Below the pieces are notes generated by a model. It had not been told where the DNA came from. It ran no database searches and worked only from the letters and a program-made list of their open reading frames with translations. A stretch of 32,000 bases of DNA from Okeania sp. (GTDB lineage: Bacteria > Cyanobacteriota > Cyanobacteriia > Cyanobacteriales > Microcoleaceae). This document shows, in pieces, positions 18,009 to 27,307 of this stretch. Location: the NCBI RefSeq assembly GCF_035285525.1, contig NZ_JAYKGW010000028.1:12883-44882 (forward strand), read 5' to 3'. The first letter of the stretch is position 1; the number at the start of each line of letters is the position of its first letter. The translations under genes were made by a program, and so were the position numbers.

Positions 18009-18602
18009 ACAATTTATTTTTTAGATAGTAGTACATTAGTCAAGCGTTATATTAGTAAAATTGGTTCTACTTGGGTTTTGGGTTTATTCGATTCTGATTT
18101 AGATAATAAAATATTTATTACTGCTATTACCCAGGTAGAGATTATTGCTGCTATTACCAAGATATCGCGTGGTGGAAATATTAGTGCGACAGATGCAGCA
18201 AAAATTAATCATCAACTTAGACAAGACACTCTTCAGGAATACCAAATTATTGAAATTACTGAAAGTATAGCGCTGCGCGCAGGGAACAGGGAACACAGAA
18301 GGTGGGAACAGGGAGAATAAATGGCCGATAATATAACGCTTTTAGCTATTGGACAGCTCCTGCAATTTGTAAAGATTAAGTGCGCACATTGCTATATTAT
18401 TAATTTGGGAATGACATTTGCTGAAACTTAAGGTTTAAGGGGTTATGATGCTATTCAGTTAGCAGCAGATTGTACTATTAATTCTCTCTGTTTAGCTTAT
18501 AATTTACCTATTATTACTTTTGTCTCAGCGAAAAAAGAACTAAATTTAGCTGTTTTGAATGAGGGATTATTGATAGAAAATCCTCAGAATTATTCATATT
18601 AA
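18006..18602 (+). pseudogene. vapC: vapC-like PIN-domain toxin, disrupted
   Basis: PIN N-terminus MTIYFLDSSTLVKRY and C-terminal GLRGYDAIQLAA are in the same genomic frame. They are separated by a roughly 126-bp insertion carrying stops, plus a TAA nonsense codon just before GLRGYD. Confidence 0.75.
18266..18396. mobile_element. small MITE-like insertion inside vapC
   Basis: TATAGCGCTGCGCGCAGGGAACAGGGAACA ... GTGCGCACATTGCTATA, with inverted termini and TAT(A) on both flanks. Deleting 18270-18395 (126 bp) restores ...ITESIIINLGMTFAE... Confidence 0.7.
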
Positions 18603-18817
18603 TATGTTGAAAACTGAATAAATAATTAATCATTATGCCTACAGAAACCTGAGTTGTTGGAATTAATTTTTATCCTTGTAACCTACCATTTTTAATTAAC
18701 CGGGTATCATAATCATGGTGCGTTATGCTTTTAGTCCGGAATGCTACGCCAACGCGGTTCACACCCTACTGGACTGAAATATTAAGAGCGATCGCGCCAT
18801 TCATTATTTCAAAAACA

Positions 18818-18902
18818 GGATTTACGCAGTGACTCTAGATATAGTGCTAAAAACGACGGCCTCATCGTTTTTCAACTCTATATGTAGTACCTTTCCGTAA
18901 TG
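18818..18902. mobile_element. MITE-like element, AGGACTTACGCA-TIR family, subtype I, inverted relative to 17629
   Basis: AGGATTTACGCAGTGACTCTAGATATAGTGC ... CAACTCTATATGTAGTACCTTTCCGTAATG. Its reverse complement aligns with the 17629 copy, and one terminus is degenerate. Confidence 0.65.
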
Positions 18903-18974
18903 AAAAAGATAGTTCATGTTGGTTATTTACAGAATCTTGAAGATATAAATCAATTAATTGTTGAGCAGTTATGC

Positions 18975-20594
18975 TTACTTTTTTGTCACTCTCAACAGTT
19001 TCCTCCCAACCAAAGATTGAAATTCCCATTGCTTCCCTTTTATTGCTTCCTCCAGTCTTTCAGAGGGTCGAAATACAAAAATTTCCGACTCATCTGCAAC
19101 CATTTCTAAATTAGGCGACCTACTCAATAATAACAGTCGCACCTGATCATCCAACAAATAACTAAGTGAAATCAAATCTCCCGTATTAGTATAATTATCG
19201 CCTATATCACTCAACAATATTGGAGTATCCCTAGCATTAAGTTTTTTTGCAATCTCCGCATTAGAATAACTCAAACCCTTATTCCACCAAGTATCAGAAA
19301 AAGCACTGAGGGTACAGGATGCAATACTAGCAGTTAACAATATTGCTAAAACTACTCGCCAGTATTTTTGACTCAAGTATCTCCCCAATAAATAAGCAAC
19401 TGATAAATATATTGCCGGAAAACAAGAAATTAGATAACGGGTGACAGCAGAGTGTCGTCCACCCGACACTAAATCTGGTATTACTAATATCATAAAAGGT
19501 ATGAAAATAGAAGTCAGGATAAATAATTTTGTGGAAAGATTACAAGAACGACAAACTTTATAAATTCCACAAGTAATAATAATTAGAAATAACAATCTGA
19601 GTAAATATATGCCATTATTATCAAAACTAAAATCTCTAAAATTTACATCAATAAACAAGGATGAAAAACTCAAAACCCAGTTTTCTACTAAAAAATTGAA
19701 GCTGACTGATTCTCTTACCCAATTTGTTCTATCATAAACTCTTTGCAGATTATTAATTACTATAATTATCCAAGGAAGATAAAGAATTATTATTACTACT
19801 GAAGCTCTGAAAAAATCCAGAGGTAACGTTTTAATTAAAAGCTGAAATTTTGATAAATTAGCTTTATTTTTAGAAGAATTTATTTTTGTATAATTTGATA
19901 AAAAACAATTGCTAATCACAAATATCCCATGAGAAATAAGAGTTAAAGAAAAAAACAAATGGGTATATAAACCAAGAGCCGAAACAATACTATATAATCC
20001 CCATTTTTTCCAACTCCGAGAATCTAAAGCTTGCCATAATAAAATACTGCTAGCAATAGTTAAAACAGTAACTAAACTATATTGTCTTGCCGTTTGAGCA
20101 AATAAAATTTCAACAGGGGATAAAGCTAAAAATATAGTTGCCAGTAAAGCAGTTAAATGGGAATTAAAAAGTTGTCTACCTAGAATATATATTAATGGCA
20201 AAGACAATAAACTAATTAATGCTGGTAAACTACGAGATGCAGTGATAGAACTACCAAATTTTTGCATCCATAACCGACCTATTAAATAATATAAAGGTGG
20301 ATGATGGGGATTTTCAAATGCTAGAGATTTGAGAGTACCTGCAAAAGTGCTTTGCGGTTTAATTTGTTGATATTTTTGTAGTTGTTGAGCTGGAATAATT
20401 TGGTTTTGATATAATTCTGGGTCAATATAACCCCGGCTAAAACCTGCAACTCTTAAAGAAGTATGTACTTCGTCATACCAATAGACTTTTTTATCAAGGT
20501 GGAAAAAACGGAATCCTATTCCTAAAGTTATGGCAATAATTAACAAGATAATTAGGGGTTGAAAAAATACTTTATGGTTAAATTTAAGAGTCAT
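18975..20594 (-). CDS. polytopic membrane glycosyltransferase, GT-C / family 39 (ArnT/PMT-like)
   Basis: 539 aa with many hydrophobic segments. The N-terminal KKVYWYDEVHT and HPPLYY motifs resemble GT39 family proteins. Confidence 0.65.
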   Translation of the reverse strand: MTLKFNHKVFFQPLIILLIIAITLGIGFRFFHLDKKVYWYDEVHTSLRVAGFSRGYIDPELYQNQIIPAQQLQKYQQIKPQSTFAGTLKSLAFENPHHPPLYYLIGRLWMQKFGSSITASRSLPALISLLSLPLIYILGRQLFNSHLTALLATIFLALSPVEILFAQTARQYSLVTVLTIASSILLWQALDSRSWKKWGLYSIVSALGLYTHLFFSLTLISHGIFVISNCFLSNYTKINSSKNKANLSKFQLLIKTLPLDFFRASVVIIILYLPWIIIVINNLQRVYDRTNWVRESVSFNFLVENWVLSFSSLFIDVNFRDFSFDNNGIYLLRLLFLIIITCGIYKVCRSCNLSTKLFILTSIFIPFMILVIPDLVSGGRHSAVTRYLISCFPAIYLSVAYLLGRYLSQKYWRVVLAILLTASIASCTLSAFSDTWWNKGLSYSNAEIAKKLNARDTPILLSDIGDNYTNTGDLISLSYLLDDQVRLLLLSRSPNLEMVADESEIFVFRPSERLEEAIKGKQWEFQSLVGRKLLRVTKK

Positions 20595-20659
20595 TCTAGT
20601 TATAAATTATTAGTTATCAGTACCTTGATTTAGATTTAAAATCGGAGGCTTCAAATACA

Positions 20660-20785
20660 TATAGCAATCCTAGATAAATAGGTTATAAAGTTTGATTGTA
20701 GGTTTGGTCTCCAAATTCCTTAGCACTTGGGTTGGGAAACCAAACCCCTACAGTTTTTTCTCACGAATGATTTCATGTTGCCATA
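20660..20785. repeat. dispersed hairpin repeat (GGTCTCCAAAT family)
   Basis: atagcaatcctagataaataggtt...gtaggtttggtctccaaattcc...gggttgggaaaccaaacccctac. Confidence 0.85.
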
Positions 20786-20976
20786 ATTTTTTGGTTTTTT
20801 CCTAGAAATAAGAGAATTCAAACCTTCTTTATTATGTCAAGTATATAGATACAGCGCTTTCCATTTCAGTAAACCACAGTAGATATCTCCAGAAAAGAGG
20901 GAACAGGAAACAGGAAGAAAGAATTGATAATTTATGGATAAGAATTGATTTGATTTTTGATTTTTGGAGATGTCTA

Positions 20977-21006
20977 GTGGGGATGTTCCATGGAACATCC
21001 CTACAA
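20977..21006. repeat. palindromic hairpin element (GGGA.GTTCCATGGAAC.TCCC)
   Basis: agtggggatgttccatggaacatccctaca. Confidence 0.8.
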
Positions 21007-21260
21007 AGTTTTGATTATGACAATATGGTTGATTTTGAATATATTTTTTACTTAACTTTAGGTAATACTAAAAGATCATATAAGTAGGTCAGCGCTATCC
21101 AATATATCTGAGTTATACCATTTAATAGAAGTTAAAATTAAAAACTTAAAAGTCAACACTTTCTAATGCCGAGAACAAATTTATCTAAATTTACGTCAAC
21201 AAGTATAGTCAATAGATATCCAAAATATTTAACTTGTCTAGATTATAGCACTCTAAAACT

Positions 21261-22493
21261 ATGATTTTCTCTCAGTCTAATTCTCTCAATAATTGTTTAC
21301 TTGGTACTGCAACTGTAGCAGCAATTATTATTACTATCCCGACCATAGCAACTGCCAAAACTGCTCAAGAAGTAGCAGAAATTGCAGCACCAATTACTGT
21401 ACAAATTAATAGTAATTTAGGTGACGGTTCAGGAATAATTATTGCTAAAAATGATCATATTTACACTGTCCTAACTGTTAATCATGTTGTTCAAGATTCT
21501 ACTATTAAATATACTGTTAGAACTAATCAAGAAAAAGACTATCCAGTAATTGATATAGTCAATTTACAAACAACTGATGAAGAACCAGATTTAGCAATAG
21601 TTAAATTTAAAAGTCCCGATCCTTATCCAGTAGCAACTTTAGGTAATTCTGAACAATCAGTTATTGGTTCCCAAATATATGTTTTTGGTTATCCGGCAAC
21701 TGGTGGTTTATTTGGTACAGATAGAGCCCCAGAATTATCTCCAGGATTAGTAACCAGTCGCCCAAAAACTCGCCCCGCAGGTTATACTTTACGTTACCAA
21801 GCTGTTACTTGGAGTGGCATGAGTGGAGGTCCGGTTTTTGATGCCGATGGTCGTGTTATTGGTATTCATGGACAAGGTGAATTTGGTTTTGCTCAAACTA
21901 ATTCTGGGGATGTAGCACCAATTAAAACTGGGTTTAATGCAGCAGTTCCTATTAATAGTTTTATTAGAAAATTATCTGCTGCTGGTATTAATCCATTAGA
22001 CTTAATTTTGGATGATACTCCCACAGATAGTAATCCTATTTCCATCGTTAATCCTCAAAGTTCTGAAGCTCTATATTTTAAGGGTATAACTTATTTGGAT
22101 CAGGGAGATGCTTGGGAAGCGATCACTAATTTTAATCTTGCTTTACAAAAAGAACCTAACAGTCCAGAAATATATTTTAATTTGGGTATTGCTCGAAGTT
22201 CATTATTGAATCATAACGAACTAATAACTAGAGGTCCTAATCCAATTAAAGATTATACTAAAGCTATTGAACTTAATCCTGGTTATGCTGATGCTTATTA
22301 TAATCGTGCTATTGCTTATTATCATAATAGTGTAACTTATCAAAAAATTGAAGATAAGGAACAAGCAAATAAACAACTTCAGCAAGCAATAAAAGATTTA
22401 CAAAAAGCAGCAGAACTTTATCAGCAAGGTGGCAGATTTAATGCTTATCAAGACACCATAATTTTAATTCAAAAGTTTAAGGATAGGGAGTAG
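21261..22493 (+). CDS. secreted trypsin-like serine protease fused to C-terminal TPR repeats
   Basis: Signal-like N-terminus. Catalytic His (TVNHVV), Asp (PDLAIVKF) and Ser (WSGMSGGPVFD), followed by GVIGIHG-type strands. The C-terminal third has TPR signatures (AITNFNLALQKEPNSPEIYFNLG; AIELNPGYADAYYNRAIAYY). Confidence 0.8.
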   Translation: MIFSQSNSLNNCLLGTATVAAIIITIPTIATAKTAQEVAEIAAPITVQINSNLGDGSGIIIAKNDHIYTVLTVNHVVQDSTIKYTVRTNQEKDYPVIDIVNLQTTDEEPDLAIVKFKSPDPYPVATLGNSEQSVIGSQIYVFGYPATGGLFGTDRAPELSPGLVTSRPKTRPAGYTLRYQAVTWSGMSGGPVFDADGRVIGIHGQGEFGFAQTNSGDVAPIKTGFNAAVPINSFIRKLSAAGINPLDLILDDTPTDSNPISIVNPQSSEALYFKGITYLDQGDAWEAITNFNLALQKEPNSPEIYFNLGIARSSLLNHNELITRGPNPIKDYTKAIELNPGYADAYYNRAIAYYHNSVTYQKIEDKEQANKQLQQAIKDLQKAAELYQQGGRFNAYQDTIILIQKFKDRE

Positions 22494-22567
22494 GGAGTAG
22501 GGAGTAGGAAGTAGAGAGTGGGGTAGTAGGGAGCTGGGGAGTAGGGACGTTCTATGGAACATCCCTA
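22486..22567. repeat. STRR array (GGGAGTA) fused to a GTAGGGACGTT hairpin element
   Basis: gggagtagggagtagggagtaggaagtagagagtgggg...gagtaGGGACGTTCTATGGAACATCCCTA. The first unit contains the protease stop codon TAG (22491-22493). Confidence 0.9.
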
Positions 22568-22868
22568 AAAAGTTAGGAGCAGCGGGAAGTTATACCAATT
22601 CCCATGCATTATTGCTATATTTGAGGAATACTTCAGTTATCAAATAATTACCACAAACCAAATCATTTTTTACCAATTTCAGCTAAGTTAATGTTAATTT
22701 TTATGATGTTGACTTCTCCTCCACTCCCTTGCTCCCCTACTCCCCTGCTTAATCAAATGTAGAAAAGTTTTTGAGAAATGGTATTAGTATAGTGGGGTAT
22801 CTAATAAACCTAGTTTCTCTGCTATAACTCCCCGCTTCTCCTGACTCCTAACTACTCCCTAGTCGATT

Positions 22869-22981
22869 GTTTCACCTTAAATGGTGCAATAGCTGTAGGT
22901 TACAAAAATGTTTCTCCCCTACTCCCCTACTCCCCTACTCCCCTACCTCCCTACTCCCTAATGCACCATTTTAGATGAAAC
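22869..22981. mobile_element. MITE-like element (GTTTCACCTTAAATGGTGCA TIR) carrying an internal STRR array
   Basis: gtttcaccttaaatggtgca (22869) and tgcaccattttagatgaaac (22962-22981) are inverted. The interior holds the CCCCTACT array at 22914-22959. Confidence 0.65.
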
Positions 22982-23003
22982 AGTCCATTACTCCCTACCC
23001 TAA

Positions 23004-23822
23004 TTATTTTGATTTTGTCAGTACATTAATTTGATGTTGATGCTTAATTTTAAGAGATTTAACAATTCCTTGAAGCTGAATTTCATAGTTTTGTTTTAAT
23101 TCTTGAATTTTTTGCTGAAGCTGACGATCATGTTCATTAGTTATATATTGTATAGTTTTTAACCTTGATTCTTGATGACTTGCTTCTAATTCCTTGATTT
23201 TATTTTGGAAATGATGTTGATGTTTTCCTTCTAAAGATTTAATAGTTTCTGTCAGCCTTTGTTGATGTTTATTCTCTAAAAGAGCAATTTCTTGCCGATA
23301 TTTTTTGGCCAAAGATTTAGTTAACTGTTTAATTTTTTGCTGATTAATTGCTTCTAATTCTTGAAATTTTTGCTGATATTCCATTTGCCAAAATTGATTA
23401 TTTTCTTGAAGTTTCTGTTGATAACTTATTTCTAAATCTGTGATTTGATGAGAATATCTATCTGTTAACTCTTCTATTGTTTCTTGGGTTTTAGATTCGG
23501 TTAATGCTAATTTTTCTATATGTTTAGTTTCTAATAATTTAATTTTCTCCTTTAGTTGATTTTCAAGTTTAACTGTCTCTATCTTATGTTTCTGATTATC
23601 TATTTCTAATTGTTTTATTTTATCTTGATATTCAGTATGTAATAATTTAACTTCCTGTTTTTGTGCGTCCTCGATATCGTAGATTTTATCCTGAGTTTCT
23701 CGTAATTTTTTTTCATAATTTTTAGTTTGTTTTTTTAAGCGCTTTTCCAATAACCAATAAGCAAAACCAACACCTGCTAGACAACCAACAATTGTACTGA
23801 GTATAAATAATATGGTGGGCAT
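23004..23822 (-). CDS. membrane-anchored coiled-coil protein
   Basis: N-terminal TM helix (ILFILSTIVGCLAGVGFAYWLL), then about 240 aa of K/Q/E/H-rich sequence with a recurring [YH]Q.K[IL]..LE pattern. No family recognised. Confidence 0.6.
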   Translation of the reverse strand: MPTILFILSTIVGCLAGVGFAYWLLEKRLKKQTKNYEKKLRETQDKIYDIEDAQKQEVKLLHTEYQDKIKQLEIDNQKHKIETVKLENQLKEKIKLLETKHIEKLALTESKTQETIEELTDRYSHQITDLEISYQQKLQENNQFWQMEYQQKFQELEAINQQKIKQLTKSLAKKYRQEIALLENKHQQRLTETIKSLEGKHQHHFQNKIKELEASHQESRLKTIQYITNEHDRQLQQKIQELKQNYEIQLQGIVKSLKIKHQHQINVLTKSK

Positions 23823-23896
23823 AATTCTGACTATCTCCTTATTGTTCTTCTAAATATCTATAAACTATTTAACCGGAAATGATATAATATCTATAC

Positions 23897-23987
23897 GTAG
23901 GGCGTTTAGTTTCCAAATCCCATTTTTGAGCTTGGTTTGGAGACCCAACCACTACAATTTTTTCAGAAATCATTTCTTATGACTATA
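23897..23987. repeat. dispersed hairpin repeat, diverged copy
   Basis: gtagggcgtttagtttccaaatccc...ggtttggagacccaaccactac...cagaaatcatttcttatgactata. Confidence 0.7.
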
Positions 23988-24369
23988 TAAGTAAATTACT
24001 TAAAAAAAAATAGTATTGTCAAAAAAATTATGTAAGCATTTCCTGCGAAATACTGTGCAAAAGGCCGTTAATTACAAGCCAGCCTCCAGGGTAGTAACTG
24101 CGGAATTAAGCTATTGCTTTTAGTTTTTGATACAGCCGTTTATTATTCAGCAATTTTATCTTACTACAAAAGCCTATTTTCAACTCTATACTCGTTTAAA
24201 TCTCCTCCTTAAAGCTGATAGCTAATAGCTGAATGCTCTTACAAAATTATAGGGGCAAGTCTACCTAAAAGTATGGAAAATTAGCCATGCCATTTAGTTA
24301 TCAAAACTTACCCCTATCAAATAGGCTAGATTGTCAAAATTTCTTGCCAAATTTATTGCCAAAATAAAA

Positions 24370-25542
24370 TTACATTTTGCTTCGTGATCGCACAAACCTA
24401 TCTAACCTTGCCATCCCTTTTTTTATAGTTTCTAAGTCAGTAGCATAAGATATCCGCACATGATCGTCAGCACCAAAAGCAATACCAGGAATAACAGCTA
24501 CATTTTCCTCTGCTAATAAAGCTTGACAAAAATCCAGAGAACTGTTATAAATCTGACTAATGTTGACAAACATATAAAAAGCTCCCTCCGGTTTAGTGCA
24601 GGAAAGACCAGGCATATTATTAATTAACTCATAAATTACCTCTCGCCTTTCTGCAAAAGCTTGACGCATCTGTTCAATAAAATCTTGCGATGATTCCAAT
24701 GCTGCGATCGCTCCATACTGAGCAAAAGTACAAACATTGGAGGTACTATGACTTTGAATTTTCACTGTAGCGTTAATTAATTCTACAGGTGCTGCCAAAT
24801 ATCCGATCCGCCAACCAGTCATGGAATAAGCTTTAGCAAAACCATTGCTAATAATAGTATTTTTAAATATATTTGAGTTAAGCGCACCAATACTCAGATG
24901 TTGAACATCATCATAAATAATCTTTTCATAAATTTCGTCTGATATAACTAAAATATCTTTCTCTACTATTACTTCTGCTAATGCTTTAAGTTCTGCTGGT
25001 TGATAAACCATCCCAGTTGGGTTAGATGGTGAGTTAAGCACAAATAATTTTGTTTGATCCGTAATAGCTTGACGCAGTTGTTCCGGTGTAACTTTATAAC
25101 CAGTTTCTCGATCAGTATTTAAAATTATTGGTTCTCCACCTGCTAGTTTAACCATCTCAGGATAACTCAACCAATAAGGTGCTGGAATAATCACTTCATC
25201 TCCTGGTTCGATTAATGCTAACATCAGGTTAAATAAAGAATGTTTTCCTCCATTTGTGACAATAATATTTTCTGCTTTGTAGTTTAGGCCATTTTCCTCA
25301 GAGAGCTTATGAGCGATCGCTTCTCTCAATTTAGGTTCTCCTGCTGCTGGGCCATATTTTGTTTTATTTGCCTCTAGCGCCTTTTGAGCTGCTAGTTTAA
25401 TATGTTCTGGAGTATCAAAGTCAGGTTCTCCAGCACTAAAACTACAAACATCTATTCCCTCAGCTTTCATTGCTTTTGCTTTAGCTGAAATAGCCAAAGT
25501 TAGGGAAAGTGGTACTTTGTCAACTCTTGTTGCCAGTTTCAT
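24370..25542 (-). CDS. aspC: class I PLP-dependent aminotransferase (aspartate aminotransferase-like)
   Basis: SAGEPDF.TP, VTNGGK, the NSPSNPTG block, and the PLP-lysine context [17 protein letters not shown]; 390 aa. The symbol is tentative. Confidence 0.85.
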   Translation of the reverse strand: MKLATRVDKVPLSLTLAISAKAKAMKAEGIDVCSFSAGEPDFDTPEHIKLAAQKALEANKTKYGPAAGEPKLREAIAHKLSEENGLNYKAENIIVTNGGKHSLFNLMLALIEPGDEVIIPAPYWLSYPEMVKLAGGEPIILNTDRETGYKVTPEQLRQAITDQTKLFVLNSPSNPTGMVYQPAELKALAEVIVEKDILVISDEIYEKIIYDDVQHLSIGALNSNIFKNTIISNGFAKAYSMTGWRIGYLAAPVELINATVKIQSHSTSNVCTFAQYGAIAALESSQDFIEQMRQAFAERREVIYELINNMPGLSCTKPEGAFYMFVNISQIYNSSLDFCQALLAEENVAVIPGIAFGADDHVRISYATDLETIKKGMARLDRFVRSRSKM

Positions 25543-25618
25543 TTTTTATCTATAATTTAGGTAATCAAATCTTTTATTTTAAATTGAATTTAATCATTAT
25601 TCAACCTACAATGAAGTA

Positions 25619-25697
25619 AGGCAGAAGGCAGAAGGCAGAAGGCAGAAGGCAGAAGACAGAAGGCAGAAGACAGAAGGCAGAAGGCAGAAGACAGAAG
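25619..25697. repeat. STRR heptamer array (GGCAGAA/GACAGAA, about 11 units)
   Basis: aaggcagaaggcagaaggcagaaggcagaagacagaaggcagaagacag..., about 75 nt upstream of the aminotransferase start. Confidence 0.95.
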
Positions 25698-26010
25698 TAA
25701 AGAAAAGGTTAGAAGGAAAAAATTTTTTGATTATTGCAGTGGGTTCCACCTTGATGAGGTACAAATATTAATTGTAAAGCTTTGTAGTGTGTGGATATTG
25801 CCCGCACAACTGTACCGCACAAAGAGGATAGAAGTCAACCCATCCCTAACTCGTCCTAAGAGACGAAGACAGGAGAAAGAATTATTACTTAATTTTTCTG
25901 CCAAAGTCAACCAAAATCCTAACTTTTTTAGCATATTGAAGAGCAAAAACCTTGTGCTTTTTCCAGACCTAGAAAGCCTACAATCTTTATATATCAATGC
26001 TTTTATATCA

Positions 26011-26139
26011 TGACTTACATATTGAGAACGAGTTTTGGGCATTTGAGATTGCTATCCTGACGGACTGCGACCCATTCATGTCGCCGAGAGAAACGCTGTC
26101 GCTCGCAATGACCTAAATACGTTGCTTTGCGTAAGTCCT
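26011..26139. mobile_element. MITE-like element, AGGACTTACGCA-TIR family, subtype II
   Basis: TGACTTACATATTGAGAACGAG ... CTTTGCGTAAGTCCT; aligns with 5052-5194. Confidence 0.7.
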
Positions 26140-26180
26140 GTATATTTAATCAGCAAACCTTAATTACGTCAATCCATCTT

Positions 26181-26224
26181 CCCCACTCCCCTACTCCCCC
26201 ACTCCCCTACTCCCCACTCCCTCT
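26181..26224. repeat. STRR heptamer array (CCCCACT/CCCTACT)
   Basis: ccccactcccctactcccccactcccctactccccactccctc. Confidence 0.85.
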
Positions 26225-26268
26225 TAATAAACATATAGTCCAAAATCTTACGGTAAACTATTTGAAGA

Positions 26269-26614
26269 AAGGATAATATAGCAACCGCCAAGGCGGTTAG
26301 GACATGGACTAATGATGAATCAAAGACCACGGGAACAGTTGAAAAAGTGTTTCCTGTTCCCCGTTCCCTGTTCCCTGTTCTCTGTTCCCTGTTCCCTGTT
26401 CTCTGTTCCCTGTTCCCTGTTCTCTGTTCCCTGTTCCCTGTTCTCTGTTCCCTGTTCCCTGTTCCCTGCTATATGTAAGGATAATATAGCAACCGCCAAG
26501 GCGGTTAGGACATGGACTAATAATGAATCAAAGACCACGGAAACACTTTTTCAACTGTTCCTTATTCCCTGTTCTCTGTTCTCTGTTCCCTGTTTCCTGT
26601 TCCCTGCTATATGT
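26269..26614. repeat. two tandem repeat units (208 bp and 138 bp), each a palindrome plus a TTCCCTG/TTCTCTG heptamer array, bounded by ATATAGC...GCTATAT
   Basis: AAGGATAATATAGCAACCGCCAAGGCGGTTAGGACATGGACTAAT.ATGAATCAAAGACCACGG occurs at 26269 and 26477. The heptamer arrays span 26350-26468 (about 17 units with a 21-bp super-period) and 26555-26607. Both units end in TTCCCTGCTATATGT. Confidence 0.9.
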
Positions 26615-26644
26615 TTTGAAAAATCTATAGGACTCAAACAAATT

Positions 26645-27307
26645 ATGACATCTTATGCTACTACTACAGCTAGAGCCGAAATGACGGAAATTCGGCGTTT
26701 GAAAGGCTTACTACCCCCAGAATTACAAAGTTGGGTCATGGTAGAAAAGTCCATTGAAGTTAATCCCACACTAATTCGTAGTGAGGAAATAGGCAAAGAC
26801 CAAGTAGAAATATCCATTGACCTAGTACGTTGGGAACAACTAGCATTAGACCAACGTAACCTATTATTCTGGCATGAAGTAGCCAGAATTCAAAACGATA
26901 CAATTCCGAGAGATGGTTGGGAAATGGCTGCCCTCGCCATTGGTTTAGGAGGTGCTGTTGGTGAATTATGGGTTCAAGATGGCCTTCTTTTAGTTTTGGC
27001 CTTAGCTTTGTGCGGCATATCTGGGTTTAGACTGTACCAGAGAAATAATGGAGAGCGTAATCTAAAAGAGGCGATAGAAGCGGATGATAAGGCGATCGCC
27101 CTAGCTACTCGTTTTGGTTATTCACTGCCTAATGCTTATAAAAGTCTAGGTAGTGCCCTAAAAACTCTTATAGAAGAAACTCCTAAAAAACGGCAAAGGG
27201 CAAAATATGAAGCACGACTTCAAGCTCTCAAGCGTGGTGCAGCTAAAGCTAAAGCTAGGGTTAAAGGTAGCCGTGAAACTTCACGTTCTGAAAATATATA
27301 CAACTAG
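26645..27307 (+). CDS. conserved hypothetical membrane protein (possibly DUF3318-like), basic C-terminal tail
   Basis: Start set at the ATG at 26645, the first Met after the repeat units. Two adjacent TM segments (MAALAIGLGGAVGELWV; LLLVLALALCGISGF). The family name is from memory and uncertain. Confidence 0.6.
   Translation: MTSYATTTARAEMTEIRRLKGLLPPELQSWVMVEKSIEVNPTLIRSEEIGKDQVEISIDLVRWEQLALDQRNLLFWHEVARIQNDTIPRDGWEMAALAIGLGGAVGELWVQDGLLLVLALALCGISGFRLYQRNNGERNLKEAIEADDKAIALATRFGYSLPNAYKSLGSALKTLIEETPKKRQRAKYEARLQALKRGAAKAKARVKGSRETSRSENIYN

Noticed and set aside
25619-26468. Heptamer arrays considered as possible CRISPR arrays.
   Set aside because: The period is 7 nt with no unique spacers and no cas genes. 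These are STRR microsatellite-like arrays.
26312-26644. N-terminal 111 codons of the 331-aa track ORF (FSVPCSL repeats).
   Set aside because: This part runs through the heptamer arrays and repeat units. TTCCCTG arrays contain no stop codon in this orientation, so the frame stays open by chance. The conserved-looking protein begins at the Met at 26645.
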